Positions 62,228-64,000 of a stretch of DNA of 64,000 nucleotides are shown piece after piece. A program made the translations under genes and the position numbers. The stretch is from NCBI RefSeq assembly GCF_001194135.2, contig NC_068993.1, positions 25,453,258-25,517,257 on the forward strand, written 5' to 3'. The notes beneath the pieces were generated by a model. The model was not told the origin of the DNA. It did not search any database and saw nothing but the letters and a program-made list of their open reading frames with translations. The stretch's first letter is position 1, and each line of letters starts with the position of its first letter. This DNA comes from Octopus bimaculoides (lineage: Eukaryota).

Positions 62228-63783
62228 GGGATTTTATTAACGTTTAATTGATTTGTTAGATTAAAATCAATATTTATTCATTTAGGAATTTCAGTTGATA
62301 TAAATTTTAAGATCTAGAATAATGATCTCCAAATTTAAAGCTTCAGATTTATAGGTATGGAGAAACAGGAAGTTTTATCATTCATGCTTTTAACAAGTAA
62401 AAGTTATGTCTATAGCAAATCAACCAGCCACATTCTCCCTCCACCAAAGAGCAGGAAACCTCTGATCATTTAAGTATAGTTTCAATTCTAGATGGATGAT
62501 TATTTCTTTTCATCGAAACAAATTATCCAATTCCTGCATTATACTGTGCCCATGGCTGACACACAACTTATTCTACAGTGCCTTTTGTGGTAATTAAGCA
62601 CAACATGAAGATGAAAGTTAACCTGTTAAAGCACCAAGTGCCTTTTTATGACTGAGTTAAACTAGGGGGATAACTAATATCCATAACTTTTACACAGGAT
62701 TTCCAAGTCCAATGGGAAAGAAAGGGAGGAATTATTAGAAAACCAGAAGCTTGTTTGCATCAGAGTAGACACCACTAAAGTTAGCAAAGGATCAAGTATT
62801 TGAGTTATTTACTGGTTGATTTACAACATGGAACTCATATTTAAATACACATTGATGCATGTGTTCGTGATAAAGAAATGTGTACTGAAACTAGAAACTA
62901 AATATTGTCATTATTGTCAGAATGGATATTTGTTAGAACATTCTGCAACAATAAAGTGTTGAAAAGAGAGTTGTAGTCAAAGGAAAGGGTAAGGGAGGCA
63001 ACTCTGAAATCCAAATTAACAAAATGTAATGAGGCACACAGAGGAGAATGAATTTTATCTTGATTACAGAAACAGCTTGCGAAATGTTTCAGTCTTATTA
63101 GTTCTCCTCAGTGAAGTATTGTCTTACTACTCTTTGCCAGACACTAACCTTAAATGACTGAGAAATATAAAGATTTTGAATGAGTAGACATTAATAAACA
63201 TGGTTATATAACAGAATAATGGGAAACCCTTCTGCAGAATAATAGATAAACAGTTAAGTAAGTCTGTAGAGGCACCTGAGTAAGAAATTGTTACAAAAAG
63301 CTGTTAATCAATGCATTGTTTTGAATCATCATTATTATCATTGTCATTGTTTGAATCATAAGCACAGTGAACAAATCTTGCAGTATTTCTTGTAGCTCAT
63401 TATTTTCTGAGCTCAAATCTCACTGAGATCAATTTTGCCTTTAATCCCTCCTAGATGGATAAAATAAAGTACCAATCAAAAACTAAGGGTTCATTTAATT
63501 AACTAAACCTCTCACCTGGAATTTCTAACTTTATGCTTAATTTACAGACAATTACTATAATTATGGATACAGAGGTTGTTTACTGTATTTTGTGTCAGCT
63601 TCTCCCAGTCACGTAGGATGTTAAAATTGTTGTAATATGAATTAATGAGTTGCAAATGTTAAAAGACTTGGTATGGTAGCAATATTATGTTTATATAAGA
63701 TGAGCTGGCAGAATCGTTAGCACACCAGGCAAAATGCTTAGCAGCATTTCACCTGTCTTCACATTCTAAGTTCAAATTCCACG

Positions 63784-64000
63784 AGGACATTTTCCTTCAG
63801 ACAGTTCACTGTAGAGACAGATCTTGGGAAGGCAATGTTCATTCATCCAACGGACGTGACCTGACCATCGGAGATGATGTTCAATGATCAAGGCTTTGAT
63901 GCTCAGGAGACCTGATCTTTCAAGCACAGAGTTGTTGGTGATGTGATCTTCTCAGTTGATGTTCAGGATAGAGCGAAGTTTGGATTGATGGAAGTGCTCT
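63784..64000 (-). mobile_element. RTE LINE C-terminal fragment (runs off the window)
   Basis: Reads EHFHQSKLRSILNIN*EDHITNNSVLERSGLLSIKALIIEHHLRWSGHVRWMNEHCLPKICLYSELSEGKCPRG. Confidence 0.85.

Noticed and set aside
56361-64000. Further upstream exons (e.g. ORFs 56519-56773, 59087-59329)
   Set aside because: No Cys pattern or convincing AG/GT-bounded frame on the minus strand; the next exon is probably outside the window, although a small exon could have been missed.

Overview
This is AT-rich, repeat-dense eukaryotic DNA. The SINE/LINE families and microsatellite style suggest an octopus-type coleoid cephalopod (inference). It has four assembly gaps. The window holds the 3' part of one large minus-strand gene. 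I reconstructed 14 GT-AG coding exons between 56360 and 5714 (2318 nt, about 772 aa, all in frame). They encode [cbEGF-CCP]x4-CCP-HYR-HYR-CCP-ephrin-receptor-like Cys repeat-stop. This predicts an extracellular-matrix-type protein with an SVEP1-like C-terminal module; the 5' exons lie beyond the window. The introns and downstream flank are filled with mobile DNA: a young Gypsy LTR element with a 5-bp TSD, a decayed Mag/K02A2.6-like Gypsy, an RTE LINE, RTE-X, CR1/L2 and R4/Dong-like fragments, mariner remnants, a Helitron 3' end, piggyBac-type MITEs and many tRNA-derived SINEs. The most unusual non-coding features are a 592-bp foldback element with an 8-bp TSD built around a perfect outward-facing (CCCTAA)n/(TTAGGG)n palindrome, and a ~96%-identical intronic block shared between two EGF-CCP modules whose exons are far more diverged. 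No rRNA, bona fide tRNA, CRISPR or prokaryotic system is supported.
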